Positions 30,413 to 42,265 of a stretch of 64,000 nt of DNA are shown here, in pieces. The translations under genes and the position numbers were made by a program. The notes under the pieces were generated by a model. The model made no database searches, was not told the origin of the DNA, and saw only the letters and a program-made list of their open reading frames with translations. The first letter of the stretch is position 1, and every line of letters begins with the position of its first letter. Source of the DNA: an uncultured Gemmatimonadales bacterium (GTDB lineage Bacteria; Gemmatimonadota; Gemmatimonadetes; Gemmatimonadales; GWC2-71-9); assembly GCA_963739455.1 (NCBI GenBank), contig CAVUAK010000001.1, positions 1,056,001 through 1,120,000 on the forward strand, in the 5' to 3' direction.

Positions 30413-31006
30413 ATGCACCCTCGCTTCCTTTCCCCTGCGGCGCTGGTCGCCTTCGCCGTCCTGACGCTGGCGCCTGACCACGCCGCAGGACAGCTGCCGA
30501 AAGTCCGTGTGAGCACCAGCCTGGGTGACATCGTGATTGCCGTTGACACGGTCCACGCGCCGGTGACCTCGGCGAATTTCCTCGGCTACGTGGACGCCGG
30601 GATGTACACGAATGGGCGGTTCCACCGGACGGTGACACCGACCAACCAGCCAAACAACCTGGTGAAGATCGAGGTGATTCAGGGGGGACGCGACAGCGCG
30701 CACGCCGGCGAGCGCGCGCCGATTCCGCTCGAGCGCACCAGCGTCACCAAGCTCAAGCACCTCAACGGAACCGTTTCCATGGCTCGCGGTGGCCCCGATA
30801 CCGCCACCTCGGACTTCTTCATCTGCATCGGCGACCAGCCGGCGCTCGACTTCGGCGGCAAGCGGAACCCCGACGGCCAGGGATTCGCCGCCTTCGGCAC
30901 GGTGACGTCGGGGATGGATGTCGTTCGCCGGATACAGCAATCGCCGGCGCAGGGACAGACCCTGGCGCCGGCGATCGTGATCCTCAGCATGAAGCGCGTG
31001 CGCTAG
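30413..31006 (+). CDS. Cyclophilin-type peptidyl-prolyl isomerase (exported)
   Basis: FHRTV, VIQGG, GTVSMAR, ATSDFFIC, FAAFGTV. Confidence 0.92.
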   Translation: MHPRFLSPAALVAFAVLTLAPDHAAGQLPKVRVSTSLGDIVIAVDTVHAPVTSANFLGYVDAGMYTNGRFHRTVTPTNQPNNLVKIEVIQGGRDSAHAGERAPIPLERTSVTKLKHLNGTVSMARGGPDTATSDFFICIGDQPALDFGGKRNPDGQGFAAFGTVTSGMDVVRRIQQSPAQGQTLAPAIVILSMKRVR

Positions 31007-31007
31007 C

Positions 31008-32814
31008 CTACGATCCCGTCTTTCCCGTCAGTATTCCATCGCGAATGCGCGTTGCCTTCTCGCTCGCACTCGGGTCGGCGTCCACCTTGAGGTTGCCAAG
31101 CTGCACCTTCGCATCGAGCTGGAGCGTCTCGCTACCGCGCCGAACGGTGATGACGAACGGTGCGTCGGCCTTGCCGGCGTACAGCTGCCGGAACGCCGGG
31201 CCGAAGTCCGTGGTCGGCGTGACGGCCACGTCACCCACTGATACGAGGTAGTCGCCCGGCTTCACGCCGGCGAGCGCGGCAGCCGTACCCTGGCTCACGG
31301 CAACCACCCTGACGCCAGTGCTGTCACCCTCGGACTGGATGCCGACGCGGGGCTCGCGATTGAGTCGCATCCCCGCGAGCGGCAGGATCGAGTCCCACGG
31401 ATAGGGAGCCCTGCCATCGACATACAGGCGATTGAAGTCGGTGAAGGACTTGCCGCCCGCCGCCTTGCTGACCGCCGCCCACCACTCCTCGCTCGTGAAG
31501 CCCCGGTCGTGCTTGTAGGCACTCTGGTAGACGCTGCGCATCACGTCATCGAGTGACTGCCGGTTGTTGCTCGCGTCACGAATCATGATGTCGAGCATCA
31601 GCCCCGCCAGCGAGCCCTTGTCGTAGTAGAGGTACCCGGTGCCGTCGGTAGGATGGATCCAGGTCGAGAGCGATGCATCCTCGAGCGCCACCGGGGCGGC
31701 CGAGTTCACGTTGTTGATCTTGCCCGTCGTGGTCGCGAAGAAGCCGGTGGGCTCGACCAGCTGGGCCCGTACCAGCACGAGATCGGCGTAATAGTCGGTG
31801 ATGCCCTCGCTCACCCAGAGCCAGGGCGTGGGCTGCGACCGGTCGTAGCGGTAGGGATAGAGGTCGGCGGGACGGAGCCGCTTCACGTTCCACGCGTGGA
31901 TGATCTCGTGCGCATAGAGCCCGTCGAGGAACGGGTTCCCCAGTGCGAGCGGCGTGATCACGTCGACGTGCGAGTTCTGGTGCTCCAGGCCGCTGGCGCC
32001 CTGGTAGCTCGAGTCGGCGATCTGCATGATCGTGTAGTTCTTGAACGGCTTGTCACCGAACGCCTGGATCATCGGCGGCCACATCTTCTGGATGCGGGTC
32101 CAGGTCTCGGCGCGTGGCGTGCCCGACAGGCTCCCCGCAGGGTACGTGGCGAGGCGAACCGTGATGCCCTCGACCTGCACGCTGTCGTAGTCGAACCGGC
32201 CCACGAAGAACGGCATGTCTACCAGGTCGTGGTAGTTCCCCTCGCGATAGTTGTCCTTCGCACCGCCGGAGGTCATGCCGGTCGCCACGATCCAGTCGCT
32301 CTCGGTGTTGATGTGCACCGTGGCGGGAAAGGCAAGCGGCTGCCCCTCGGGGTACATGAAGACGTTGGTGCCATTGAACAGCAGGAACTCGTCGCGGGCC
32401 CATGACATCGCGTTGTCCAGCGTGTCGGCCTTGAAGTCGAATGACACCTTCACCGGGCCTGGCCCTGTCGTGCGAATGCGCCAGGTGTCATAGTCGAGCT
32501 TGTCCCACTCGAGTGGCTGCCCGCTCGCGCGTCGGGGTGAAGTTCGACACCCACTTGGCGAAGTCGGTGATCTCGTACGCGCCCGGCGTCCAGGCGGGCA
32601 GCGAGAGCAGCACCGGGCTGGTGCCGCTTGCATCGAAGGACATCGTCACCGACATCGTCCGCTGCTTCGCGAGATCGCGGTTGAACGTGACGTCATAGGC
32701 CACGTTGGCGATCGGGGCGGACCGGAGCGGAGCCGGCGCTGCCGGCGCCTTCTGGGCTGCGAGGAGACCCGTGCTGGCAATGGAGATCAGGAACAGCGAG
32801 GACAGGGTACGCAT
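31008..32814 (-). CDS. M61 family glycyl aminopeptidase with PDZ domain (frameshift ~32530)
   Basis: LPAWTPGAY, GLEHQNS, HEIIHAWNVKRLRP, WVSEGITDYY, YYDKG, C-terminal PDZ. Confidence 0.9.
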
Positions 32815-32837
32815 GACTCCCTCTGGATGAAACGAAA

Positions 32838-32892
32838 GCGGGGGGATCGGCGCGATCCCCCCGCAGTTACCGGACGCCCCCCGACGGGGGCG
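32838..32892 (-). terminator. Tandem hairpins/terminator after the tkt-tal-symporter operon
   Basis: GCGGGGGGATCG-GCG-CGATCCCCCCGC (32838-32864, followed by TTTCGTTT on the minus strand) and CGCCCCC-CGAC-GGGGGCG (32875-32892). Confidence 0.7.
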
Positions 32893-32906
32893 CCGGGAGC
32901 GAAGTT

Positions 32907-34187
32907 TCAGGCCGCGATGGCCGCGGCCTGACCAATGGGTGCTCCCTCCGGGATCTGGAGGTCTCCCTCGACGCGGGCCATCACCGCCGAGGCCAGGCAG
33001 TTGCCCAGCAGGTTGACGGAGGTGCGCGCCATGTCCATCAGGGCGTCGACACCGAGGATCACTGCAACGCCCTCGAGCGGCAGCCCGAACGTGGTCAGGG
33101 TGCCCGAGAGGATGACGAGCGACGCGCGCGGCACCGCCGCAACGCCCTTACTGGTGAGCATGAGCGTCAGCATCATGATGAGCTGCTGGCCGATCGTCAG
33201 CTCCACGCCGGCGGCCTGGGCCACGAACACCGACGCCACCGCGAGGTAGAGCGTCGAGCCGTCGAGGTTGAACGAGTAGCCAGTGGGCAGCACGAAGGCG
33301 ATGATGCGACGCGGCACCCCGAACTTCTCCATGTTCTCGAAGGCGAGCGGCAGCGCGGCCTCGGACGACGCGGTGGAGAATGCGATGAGCCACGGTTCCT
33401 TCACCCAGTACCAGAAGCGCCGGAGCGGTATGCGCGCGAGCAGGGCGATTGGAACCAGCACCAGCAGGATGAAGGCGACGAGTGCCACGTAGAGCGTGCC
33501 CACCAGGCTGAACAGGTTCCGGAGTACCCCGATACCGCTGTGTCCCACCGTCACCGCCACGGCGGCACCTATGCCGATCGGCGCGAACAGCATCACCAGG
33601 CCGGTGAACTTGAACATCACGTCGGCGAGTCCCTCGAAGAACCCCAGCACGATCTCCTTGGAGCGGCCAGGCTTCACCTGCGCCAGGGCGATGGCGAAGA
33701 GCACCGCGAACACGACCACCTGGAGCACTTCGTTCCGCGCCGCCGCGTCGAAGAAGCTCGCCGGGAACGTGTGCTCCAGCACGCCGGACAGCGTCGCCTG
33801 GTTGCTGGCGAACTGCTTGCCCTGCTCCGCCGTTGCGGCGGAGAGGTCCACGCCGTCGCCGGGACGGAAGAAATTGACTGCCAGCAGGCCGAAGGCGAGC
33901 GCGAGCGTGGTGACGAGCTCGAAGTAGATGAGCGAGCGGAGCGCAAGGCGCCCCACGCGCTTCAGGTCGTCTCCATGGCCGGCGATACCGATGACCAGGC
34001 TCGAGAACACGAGTGGTACCACGATCGACTTGATGAGGCGCAGGAAGATCGTCGAGAGCGGCTGCAGCTTCGCCGCCACGTCGGTACCGGTCCAGAGCGC
34101 GTTGTCCGCCCACCCGATGAAGATGCCGACCACCATGGCAATGATGATCCACCAGGTGAGCGAGATGCCGCGCAGGAAGCGCCACAT
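32907..34187 (-). CDS. Dicarboxylate/amino acid:cation symporter (DAACS, GltP/DctA-like)
   Basis: AFSTASSEAALP, PTGYSFNLDGS, LTSKGVAAVPRAS, DMARTSVN. Confidence 0.93.
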   Translation of the reverse strand: MWRFLRGISLTWWIIIAMVVGIFIGWADNALWTGTDVAAKLQPLSTIFLRLIKSIVVPLVFSSLVIGIAGHGDDLKRVGRLALRSLIYFELVTTLALAFGLLAVNFFRPGDGVDLSAATAEQGKQFASNQATLSGVLEHTFPASFFDAAARNEVLQVVVFAVLFAIALAQVKPGRSKEIVLGFFEGLADVMFKFTGLVMLFAPIGIGAAVAVTVGHSGIGVLRNLFSLVGTLYVALVAFILLVLVPIALLARIPLRRFWYWVKEPWLIAFSTASSEAALPLAFENMEKFGVPRRIIAFVLPTGYSFNLDGSTLYLAVASVFVAQAAGVELTIGQQLIMMLTLMLTSKGVAAVPRASLVILSGTLTTFGLPLEGVAVILGVDALMDMARTSVNLLGNCLASAVMARVEGDLQIPEGAPIGQAAAIAA

Positions 34188-34189
34188 TT

Positions 34190-35335
34190 TCAGTGCGCCG
34201 CCAGCGCGCCGGCCTTGGCCTCGATGCCGGCGAGCAGCGAGCGGTACGACGCGGCGAACTTCGCGACGCCGTCGGCCTCGAGGTCACTCGTGATTGTACC
34301 CAGGTCGATGCCGAGCTCGGCGAGCGCCTGCAGCCGCCGCGGGGCCTGTGCCACGTGGTCGTCGAGGTGGAGGCAGAGCTGGCCATGCTCACGGAATGCC
34401 GCAAAGGTCTCGGGTGGCAGCGTGTTCACGGTGCGCGGCCCGATGAGCGCCTCGACGTAGTACACGTCGGCGAGGCGGGGGTCCTTGGTGCTGGTCGAGG
34501 CCCAGAGCGGCCGCTGCGGATAGGCTCCCCGGGCCGAAAGCTGGTGCCAGCGCGGCAGGTGCAGCGACTGGCGGAAGCGCTCATATGCTGCGGCAGCGTT
34601 GGCAATGGCGATGCTGCCGCGCAGCTGGCCCGCAAAGTGGTGGCCGCTGTTGCAGGCGCGCTCGAGCAGTGGGTCGACCTTGCCATCGAGCCGGCTGACG
34701 AAGAAGCTCGCGACGCTGCACGGCGCGCGCTGCGTGCTCGCCTTGGGCGATTGAAAAAACGCCTCCATTCCGGTCATGAAGGCGTCGATCACTTCGATGT
34801 ATCGGCTGACCGAGAAGAGCAGCGTCACATTGACGTTGATCCCGGCCGCCAGGCACCGGGCGATGGCGGGGAGGCCTTCGCGTGTGCCCGGGATCTTGAT
34901 CATGACGTTGGGCCGGTTCACCGCGGCCCAGAGCCGCTCTGCCTCGCGCACGGTGCCATCGGTGTCATGGGCCAGCGTCGGCGATACCTCGAGCGAGACG
35001 GTGCCATCGCCGTTCGGTTCCTGCTCGAACACCTTGGCAAAGACGTCGCAGGCAGCCTGCACGTCGGCCACGGCCAGCGCCTCGAAGATCTCCGCCGGAC
35101 CCTTGCCCTGGTCGGCGAGCTGCTGGATGTCGCCGTCGTACAGCGTGCTCGTTGCCACCGCCTTCTCGAAGATTGTCGGGTTCGACGTCATCCCCTTGAG
35201 GCCGTCCTCGTGGATCAGTCGCGCCAGCTCACCCGAGCGCACGAGGTCGCGGGTGATGAAGTCGTACCAGGGACTCTGCCCCAGGCGGCTCAGGGCCACG
35301 AGCGGATTCGCGGTCGCGGATGGATTGTCGCTCAT
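34190..35335 (-). CDS. tal: Transaldolase
   Basis: [49 protein letters not shown]. Confidence 0.95.
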   Translation of the reverse strand: MSDNPSATANPLVALSRLGQSPWYDFITRDLVRSGELARLIHEDGLKGMTSNPTIFEKAVATSTLYDGDIQQLADQGKGPAEIFEALAVADVQAACDVFAKVFEQEPNGDGTVSLEVSPTLAHDTDGTVREAERLWAAVNRPNVMIKIPGTREGLPAIARCLAAGINVNVTLLFSVSRYIEVIDAFMTGMEAFFQSPKASTQRAPCSVASFFVSRLDGKVDPLLERACNSGHHFAGQLRGSIAIANAAAAYERFRQSLHLPRWHQLSARGAYPQRPLWASTSTKDPRLADVYYVEALIGPRTVNTLPPETFAAFREHGQLCLHLDDHVAQAPRRLQALAELGIDLGTITSDLEADGVAKFAASYRSLLAGIEAKAGALAAH

Positions 35336-37374
35336 GCATCGCTCCGGGTGAGGAGGACCTTGACGGCGGCGGCAGCGGCGGCGGGCGTAAGCCCGAATTC
35401 GGTGAAGAGGCGTTCGGCTGGCGCCGACGCGCCGAAGGTGCGCATGGCCAGGATGGTGCCCCGGTCACCCACCCATCGCTCCCAGCCGAACGGGCTGGCG
35501 GCCTCGATCGCGACGCGCGCGCCGATGCCCGGTGGAAGGACCTCATTGCGATACTGCAGTGGCTGCGCGGCGAACAGTTCCCACGATGGCATCGACACGA
35601 CGCGCGTCGGCAGGCCGTCCTGCTCGAGCTGCCCGGCCGCACTCATCGCAACGCCCACCTCGGAGCCGGTGGCCAGCAGGATGGCGCGCGGTGCCGTGGC
35701 CGGCTCGTGCGCCACGTACGCACCCCGTCCCACCTCGGCCGCGGTGGCGAGTCGTGGCAGCACCGGAACCTTCTGGCGTGTCAGCACGATCGCGGTGGGG
35801 CCGTCCTTCCGCTCGAGCGCAATTTTCCAGGACGCCACGGTCTCGTTGGCATCGGCGGGCCGGAGCGTCACCAGGCCAGGTATGGAGCGCAGCATCGGCA
35901 GCTGGTCGATCGGCTGGTGTGTCGGCCCGTCCTCGCCCACGCCGATCGAGTCGTGCGTGCCGATGTAGATGACGGGAAGCCCCATCAACGCCGAAAGGCG
36001 GATGGAAGGCTTCATGTAGTCGAAGAAGACGAGGAAGGTGCTGCCAAAGGGCCGGATGCCGCCATGCGCCGCCAGGCCGTTCATGCAGGCACCCATCGCG
36101 TGCTCGCGCACGCCCCAGTGCACCGCGCGACCTGCGACGCCGGGCCCGAAGGCGCCGCCCACCTTCTGTCCCACCCCAGTACTGCCTGCCAGGTCGGCCG
36201 ACCCGCCGACCAGGTTGCCAACATGGGGCAGGATTGCCTGCAGCGCGGCCGCACTCGCCTTCCGGGTTTCGACTCCACCCTTGTCCGCGGGGAAGGTTGG
36301 CAGGTCCCGGTCCCAGCCTGCGGGCAGGTCCCCCTGCTGTTCCCTGGAATAGTCGGCGGCCAGGTCGGCGTGCGCGCTGCTGAAGCGATCGAACACCGCC
36401 TGCCAGCTGGCCTGCGCGCCCGCGCCATGTACCCGACAGCGTCCCATGTCGGCATATGCGGCGTCGGGGACTTCAAACTTCTTGTCCCCATCCCAGCCAA
36501 GGATCGTCTTGGTGCGCCGCACTTCGTCGGCGCCGAGCGGCGCGCCATGGGCCTCACTGGTATTCCGCTTGGTCGGCGCCGGGTCAGCGATGATCGTGCG
36601 GAGCACGATCAGCGTGGGCCGGTCCTCCTCGCTACGTGCCGCGGCGAGCGCGGTGTCGATGGCCTCGAGGTCGTTGCCATCGGCCACGTGCAGTACGCGC
36701 CAGCCGTAGCCCTCGAAGCGCCGGCTCGCGTCTTCCGAGAAGCTCAGGCCGGTGGTGCCGTCGATGGTGATGCGGTTGTCATCGTAGATCATCGCGAGCT
36801 TGCCCAGCTTGAGGTGCCCGGCAAGGCTCGCCGCTTCGCTGGCGACGCCCTCCATCAGGTCCCCGTCACTGACGAGCGCCCAGGTGCGATGATCCACGAT
36901 CGTCGCATCAGGCTGGTTGAACCGTGCCGCCAGGAACCGCTCTGCCATCGCCATGCCGACCGCGTTGCCGACGCCCTGGCCCAGGGGCCCGGTGGTGACC
37001 TCGACCCCGGGGGTGTGCCCGCGCTCGGGATGCCCCGGCGTCCGGGAGTGCCACTGCCTGAAATTGCGGATTTCGTCCAGGGGGAGGTCGTACCCGCTGA
37101 GATGGAGCAGGCTGTACAACAGCATTGAGGCATGGCCGCAGGACAGGACGAACCGGTCGCGGTCCGCCCATGACGGGTCGGCGGGATTGTGCCGGAGGTG
37201 CCGGGTCCAGAGCAGGTAGGCTGCGGGCGCCAGGGCCATCGGGGTGCCCGGGTGGCCGGAATTGGCCTGCTCGACCGCATCCATGGCCAGTACCCGGATG
37301 CTGTTGATGCTGACCCACGGGTCGGCGGTCAGGCTGGCCGACGCGCGCGGCGCGGCGGGGCGGGTGGCTTCCAC
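35332..37374 (-). CDS. tkt: Transketolase
   Basis: [47 protein letters not shown]. Confidence 0.97.
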   Translation of the reverse strand: MEATRPAAPRASASLTADPWVSINSIRVLAMDAVEQANSGHPGTPMALAPAAYLLWTRHLRHNPADPSWADRDRFVLSCGHASMLLYSLLHLSGYDLPLDEIRNFRQWHSRTPGHPERGHTPGVEVTTGPLGQGVGNAVGMAMAERFLAARFNQPDATIVDHRTWALVSDGDLMEGVASEAASLAGHLKLGKLAMIYDDNRITIDGTTGLSFSEDASRRFEGYGWRVLHVADGNDLEAIDTALAAARSEEDRPTLIVLRTIIADPAPTKRNTSEAHGAPLGADEVRRTKTILGWDGDKKFEVPDAAYADMGRCRVHGAGAQASWQAVFDRFSSAHADLAADYSREQQGDLPAGWDRDLPTFPADKGGVETRKASAAALQAILPHVGNLVGGSADLAGSTGVGQKVGGAFGPGVAGRAVHWGVREHAMGACMNGLAAHGGIRPFGSTFLVFFDYMKPSIRLSALMGLPVIYIGTHDSIGVGEDGPTHQPIDQLPMLRSIPGLVTLRPADANETVASWKIALERKDGPTAIVLTRQKVPVLPRLATAAEVGRGAYVAHEPATAPRAILLATGSEVGVAMSAAGQLEQDGLPTRVVSMPSWELFAAQPLQYRNEVLPPGIGARVAIEAASPFGWERWVGDRGTILAMRTFGASAPAERLFTEFGLTPAAAAAAVKVLLTRSDA

Positions 37375-37503
37375 CGGCAGGGCGTGCTCCTTTCAAGGGG
37401 GCGGTGACGTGGGGCGACGGCGGGTCGCGGCCGAAAAGATAACCGCCGGGGAATCATTTCGGAGGCGCGGCGCCCCTCGCTGCGGTGGTATCCTTAGGGC
37501 CTC

Positions 37504-39062
37504 ATGACTGACGTCGCAATCCCTCCTGCGCCCGCGGGAACCGCTGGTGCCGCCCCCGGCGCTTCGTCCGGATCCGGACGCCCTCGTACCGCCGTGGTGG
37601 TCGGGGCTGGCATCGGGGGTCTCGCCTCCGCGGTGCGCCTGGCGCATGCCGGCTGGGACGTCACCGTACTGGAGCAGCATGACCAGCCGGGCGGCCGGGC
37701 CGGTCGCTGGGAATCGGAAGGCTTCACCTTCGATACCGGTCCGTCCCTGGTCATGATGATCGAGTACTGGCAGAAGCTCTTCAGCGACGTCGGCCGGCGC
37801 CTCGAGGACTACCTCACGCTGGTCCAGATTGACCCCTGCTACCGCATTCACTTTCCCGACGGGACGAGTCACGACCGCAGCAGCGTCCTGAATCGCCTGA
37901 TCGAGGGGTGCGAGGCCATCGAACCGGGCTGTGGGCCCAACCTGCTCGCGTATCTCACGCGTACCAGCAAGATGTACCGCGACGGGCTCGGGTTCATCGG
38001 GCGGAACATGCACCGGCCCACGGCAATGGCCGACCTTTCCAATCTCGGGATCGTCACCAGCGGTGCCCTGGGCGACCTGCAGAAAATGGTCGGCAAGTAC
38101 TTCAAGGATGAGCGGATGCAGCAGTCGCTCAGCTTCCAGACGCTCTATCTCGGCCTCTCGCCCTACGAGTCGCTCGCCATCTACTCGCTGCTGCCCTACG
38201 TGGAGATCGCTGGCGGCATCTTCTATCCGATGGGCGGCATGTTCCAGCTGGCGCTCGCGCTGGAGCGACTGGCGCGGCGAGCTGGGCGTGAAGTTCCGCT
38301 TCGGCGCCCGGGTCCAGCGCTTCGAGACGGCGGGCACCCAGGTGCGCGCGGCGCTCCTGGCCGACGGCTCGCGCGTCACCGCCGACATCGTGGTGGCCAA
38401 TGCCGACCTGCCGTACACGTACGATGAATTGCTGCAGGCGCCGTATCCCGGGATCGAGAAGAAACGCTTCAGCTGCTCAGTGGTACTCCTGTACCTCGGC
38501 ACCGATCGGACGTGGCCCCACCTGCAGCACCACAACTTCGTGGTCGGCCGGGACATGCGGACGGGTTGCGATGACCTCTTCAAGCGCCATCGCATGCCCG
38601 AGGATCCACCGTTCTACGTCGTGGCGACGTCGCGGACCGACCCGAGCCAGGCACCGCCGGGCGGGGAGAGCCTCTTCGTGCTGGTGCTGGCGCCGAGCCA
38701 GCCGGAGGACCGGTCGCAGTGGGTGGACTGGAGTGTGGAGGGGCCGCGGGTCGAGCAGCAGACACTCGACCGGATGGAAACGACGCTGGGCATGACCGGC
38801 CTGCGTGACCACATCGTCACCCGGCGGCTGGTGACTCCGGAGGATTTCCGCGTGAACTACGGGAACAAGCGTGGGGAAGCGTTCGGGCTTTCGCACAATT
38901 TCATGCAGATCGGCTACTTCCGTCCCGCACAACCGGCACGCCACCCTGAAGAACCTCTATTTCGTGGGCCAGAGCACGCACCCCGGGTGTGGCCTGCCAA
39001 TGGTGCTGATCTCCGCCGAGTGCGTGGTTGAGCGAATCCGCGAAGAGGTGACGGGCGCATGA
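37504..39062 (+). CDS. crtI: Phytoene desaturase family protein (frameshifts ~38280 and ~38928)
   Basis: VVVGAGIGGL, FDTGPS, YPMGGM, VVANADLP, LYFVGQSTHPGCGLPMVLISA. Confidence 0.9.
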
Positions 39063-39958
39063 CCGCGTCGCTGCAGCTGAGCTATCGGCGCGCAGAGCAT
39101 GTCACGGCCGACTGGGCCAAGAGCTTCTATTTCGCGAGCCGGTTCCTGCCGGTGGAAAAGAAGCGCGCCATTTACGCGCTGTACGACTACTGCCGGCACG
39201 CGGACAACCTCGTCGATGCGCGCGGCGACCGGCCGGTCGATGTGGTGCGGCGCGACCTGGCAGCGCTCGCCCGGGAGGTCACGGCAATTCACGGCGGGGC
39301 TGCGCCCAGTTGCGAGCGCTGGATGGCGCTCGCCGATACGCTGGGGCGATATGCAGTGCCGCTCGAACCGTTGCTCGAGTTGCTCGATGGCGTGGCGATG
39401 GATCTCGAGCCGGTCGCCATCCAGGACTTCGCCCAGCTCAACCGGTACTGCTGCTATGTGGCGGGCGGCGTCGGGCTCATGCTGGGTCCCGTGCTCGGCG
39501 CGGCCCCTGACAGCTTCCGCGAGTCGGGCGTGCGACTCGGCATCGCCATGCAACTCACCAACGTGCTGCGCGATGTCGGCGAAGATCTCGACAATGACCG
39601 GGTGTACCTGCCGGCCGATGAGCTGGCCCGCTTCGGGTTGTCGCGCGCCGCGCTCGAGGAGCGCCGGGTCACGCCCGACTTCCGCCGGTTCATGCAGTGG
39701 CAGGTGGCGCGGGTGCGTCGCACCTTCGAGGATGGCGGGCGTGTGGTGCCGCTCTTCCCCAACGACGGAAGCCGGCTCACCGTGCGGCTGCTGCAGCGCA
39801 CGTACGCGGGCATCCTGGATGCCATCGAGCGGATCGACTACGACGTGTTCCGCGCGCGGGCGTACGTGTCGACCCCGCGCAAGCTCATGGTGCTGGGGCG
39901 GGCGATGTGGTCCGAGCGGCCGTGGACGATCTCGCCGGCTTCCGGGCATCCGGTGTGA
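39059..39958 (+). CDS. crtB: Phytoene synthase
   Basis: AKSFYFAS, YCRHADNLVD, LGIAMQLTNVLRDVGED, RVYLP. Confidence 0.93.
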   Translation: MTASLQLSYRRAEHVTADWAKSFYFASRFLPVEKKRAIYALYDYCRHADNLVDARGDRPVDVVRRDLAALAREVTAIHGGAAPSCERWMALADTLGRYAVPLEPLLELLDGVAMDLEPVAIQDFAQLNRYCCYVAGGVGLMLGPVLGAAPDSFRESGVRLGIAMQLTNVLRDVGEDLDNDRVYLPADELARFGLSRAALEERRVTPDFRRFMQWQVARVRRTFEDGGRVVPLFPNDGSRLTVRLLQRTYAGILDAIERIDYDVFRARAYVSTPRKLMVLGRAMWSERPWTISPASGHPV

Positions 39959-40734
39959 GTCGCGCGGCGCGGGTGCCGGCGACATACCAGGCGCCCAGGC
40001 CCGTTGCGGTCTGGGCGTTTGCGCGATACTTCCGCGGGTTGTTCCGCCGGCACTTCGCGTCGGTGCGATGGGCCGCGATCGACGCTCCGGCGGGGTGGGA
40101 CCGGTCGGTGCCGGTGCTCTTCGTCTCGAATCACACCAACTGGTGGGACGGGTTCTTCTCCTTCGTCCTGACCCAGGAGTTCGGGCTCACCTTCCACATC
40201 CTCATGGAAGCGGTGAACCTCGATCGCTATCCCGCCTTCAGGCGCATCGGCACGCTGCCATTGCGTCGTGACAGCCGGATGGGCGCCTGGGACGACCTGC
40301 ACGCGGCGGGACGCGTGTTGCGTCCTGGCGCCGCGCTCTGGATCTATCCCCAGGGACAGCGTCGCCCGGCGGGCGAGCAACTGACCCGGCTCGAACGGGG
40401 CGCCGCGCATCTCGCAGTGCGCCACGCGGGAGCCCTCCGCATCTGCCCCGTGGCGTTTCGATATCCCTTCATGAGCGAGCAGCTGCCTGAGGCCGTCGCG
40501 CTGGTGGGGCGCTCCTGGCTGCACGAAGGCAGCGATGATCGCAAGGCACTGACGGAACGAATTGGCTCGGCGATAGGAGACACGGTGGCGTCACTCGATA
40601 CCCGGCTGTCGACGGAAGCCCTGGAGGGCTTTCGCGTGCTCGTTCCCGGCAAGCTCTCGGTGAACAAGCGCATGGATCGCGTTCGCCACCGGCTGGGCCT
40701 GCTGCGAGGACCCTTCGAGGCGCGCAATGGATAG
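39955..40734 (+). CDS. PlsC-like acyltransferase (possibly carotenoid-glycoside acylating)
   Basis: SNHTNWWDG and IYPQG motifs; start overlaps the crtB stop. Confidence 0.8.
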   Translation: MSRAARVPATYQAPRPVAVWAFARYFRGLFRRHFASVRWAAIDAPAGWDRSVPVLFVSNHTNWWDGFFSFVLTQEFGLTFHILMEAVNLDRYPAFRRIGTLPLRRDSRMGAWDDLHAAGRVLRPGAALWIYPQGQRRPAGEQLTRLERGAAHLAVRHAGALRICPVAFRYPFMSEQLPEAVALVGRSWLHEGSDDRKALTERIGSAIGDTVASLDTRLSTEALEGFRVLVPGKLSVNKRMDRVRHRLGLLRGPFEARNG

Positions 40735-41176
40735 CTACCAGCTCTGGAAGGCACTTCACGTCACGTCGGCGGTGCTGATTGTCGGCAACGTCACGGTCAC
40801 GGGCTTCTGGGCGTACTACCTGTACCGCCAGCGCCGCGAGGTGGGATTCCGCGCAATTGCGCGCGGCATCATGTGGAGCGACATCATCTTCACGCTGGTG
40901 GGTGGGGCGGGCCTGACATTCACCGGCATCATGATGGTGCGCGCCCAGCAGATGTCCATCCTGGATACACCATGGCTGCGTCGCGGCGTCGTCATGCTGG
41001 CGATCAGCACTTTCGTGTGGCTCGTATCACTGCTGCCGGACCAGCTGCGGATGGAGCGGCTAGATCAGTCGGATGATCGCGGCATGCGACGGCTCTTCAC
41101 GCGCTGGAGCATCTTCGGGTGGGCCTCGACCGTCCTCCTGTTCATCGGCTTGTGGTCGATGGTGATGAAGCGGTAA
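40727..41176 (+). CDS. DUF2269-like membrane protein
   Basis: KALHVTSAVLIVG, four TM segments, terminal MVMKR. Confidence 0.75.
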   Translation: MDSYQLWKALHVTSAVLIVGNVTVTGFWAYYLYRQRREVGFRAIARGIMWSDIIFTLVGGAGLTFTGIMMVRAQQMSILDTPWLRRGVVMLAISTFVWLVSLLPDQLRMERLDQSDDRGMRRLFTRWSIFGWASTVLLFIGLWSMVMKR

Positions 41177-41691
41177 CCCGCGGACGGGCCGCTTGCGCGG
41201 ATGATCCGCGTGCGGGGATCGTCGTCGTTACTGTCATCCGGGCTGTCCGCCGACGTCGCATTCCAGATATCCACCATCAGGTGCCAGCCGTCATCGCCCA
41301 GCGCAAAGCACATGACGTACTTGCCCGAATCGGCGGCGGTATCGTCCGTCGGTGCCACATGGTACGTCCCCACGACGTAGCCGTCCCGCTCCCGCGCCAC
41401 CACCCGGACGGTGTCCAGCGTCAGGCCGCGCTCGAGGCCATCCTGCCAGAACTCCATGATGGAATCGCGTCCGGCGACGATCCCCCCGTCCGGCGGAAGG
41501 AGGAGCGCTTCCTTGCCGTAGAGGGCGGCGAGCTCGTGCGCGTCGCCCTGGTTCGACGCCTCCTCATAGACCTTCACCAGTTCAGCCAATTCCCGGCGTG
41601 CACTCGCGACGTCGCGACCGCCCCCCGGCTGGGTACAGGCGTTCACGGCAACTATCGCAAGAAGCACCGTGGGGAAGCGTAAGACTGTCAT
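41065..41691 (-). CDS. SnoaL/DUF4440 (NTF2-like) lipoprotein; 3' end uncertain
   Basis: VAVNAC lipobox; LAALYGKEALLLPP, DSGKYV, GWHLMVDIWN. Confidence 0.75.
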   Translation of the reverse strand: MTVLRFPTVLLAIVAVNACTQPGGGRDVASARRELAELVKVYEEASNQGDAHELAALYGKEALLLPPDGGIVAGRDSIMEFWQDGLERGLTLDTVRVVARERDGYVVGTYHVAPTDDTAADSGKYVMCFALGDDGWHLMVDIWNATSADSPDDSNDDDPRTRIIRASGPSAGYRFITIDHKPMNRRTVEAHPKMLQRVKSRRMPRSSD

Positions 41692-41760
41692 TCTGGCTGC
41701 TCTCTGGGTAGCTTCATTGACGTAGGAGTGGCAGGGCCATTGGGGCGCTGCCCGAAAGAA

Positions 41761-42186
41761 ATGCAAGAACAACCAGTAGCATCAAAGGAATCTGTGGCTC
41801 GTCGTCCTCGCCGGCGCTCATCTGCCGGAACTGCCCCCGTGTTTCACCGCTCGGCCGGGCGCAGCATGCAATCGCATCGTGAGTGGCTTCTCTCGCAGCA
41901 CGGTTCGGTGTGCGCTTATTGCGGCATCGAAACCCCGCCCGAACTCATCACCCTGGATCACGTGCGCCCACGGCGCGGTCAGACGGCATACGACCGTCCG
42001 GACAATCTGGTCCTCGCCTGCCGCGAGTGCAACGCGGCGAAGGCCGATACGCCATTCATGGCGTTCCTCCTGGCCAAGCGAAGCCGCGGCGTGTTCCTGC
42101 TGCACTATGGTGATCACCTCTCCGAGCCGCTCAAGGATATCGCCCGCCAGGCGTCCGAGCGGCCAATCCTGGAGAAGGAACGGTAG
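41761..42186 (+). CDS. Stand-alone HNH endonuclease-like protein
   Basis: CAYCG...TLDHVRPRRG...DNLVLACRECNAAK. Confidence 0.85.
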   Translation: MQEQPVASKESVARRPRRRSSAGTAPVFHRSAGRSMQSHREWLLSQHGSVCAYCGIETPPELITLDHVRPRRGQTAYDRPDNLVLACRECNAAKADTPFMAFLLAKRSRGVFLLHYGDHLSEPLKDIARQASERPILEKER

Positions 42187-42214
42187 GCCAGGCAGGACGC
42201 CAGCCTCCGGAATG

Positions 42215-42245
42215 CAAAGGGCGATCCCGACGGGATCGCCCTTTG
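42215..42245. terminator. Hairpin terminator between convergent HNH and kgd genes
   Basis: CAAAGGGCGATCCC-GAC-GGGATCGCCCTTTG, 14-bp stem. Confidence 0.8.
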
Positions 42246-42265
42246 TCGTGCCGGGCCGGGGTCCG

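Noticed and set aside
41065..41176. 112-bp convergent overlap of the DUF2269 and DUF4440 genes
   Set aside because: Likely a run-on tail or indel artefact after the NTF2 domain ends.
41761..42186. RNA-guided nuclease (IscB/HEARO) or defence system
   Set aside because: No RuvC/PLMP motifs, no room for an associated RNA, and no array or methylase nearby.
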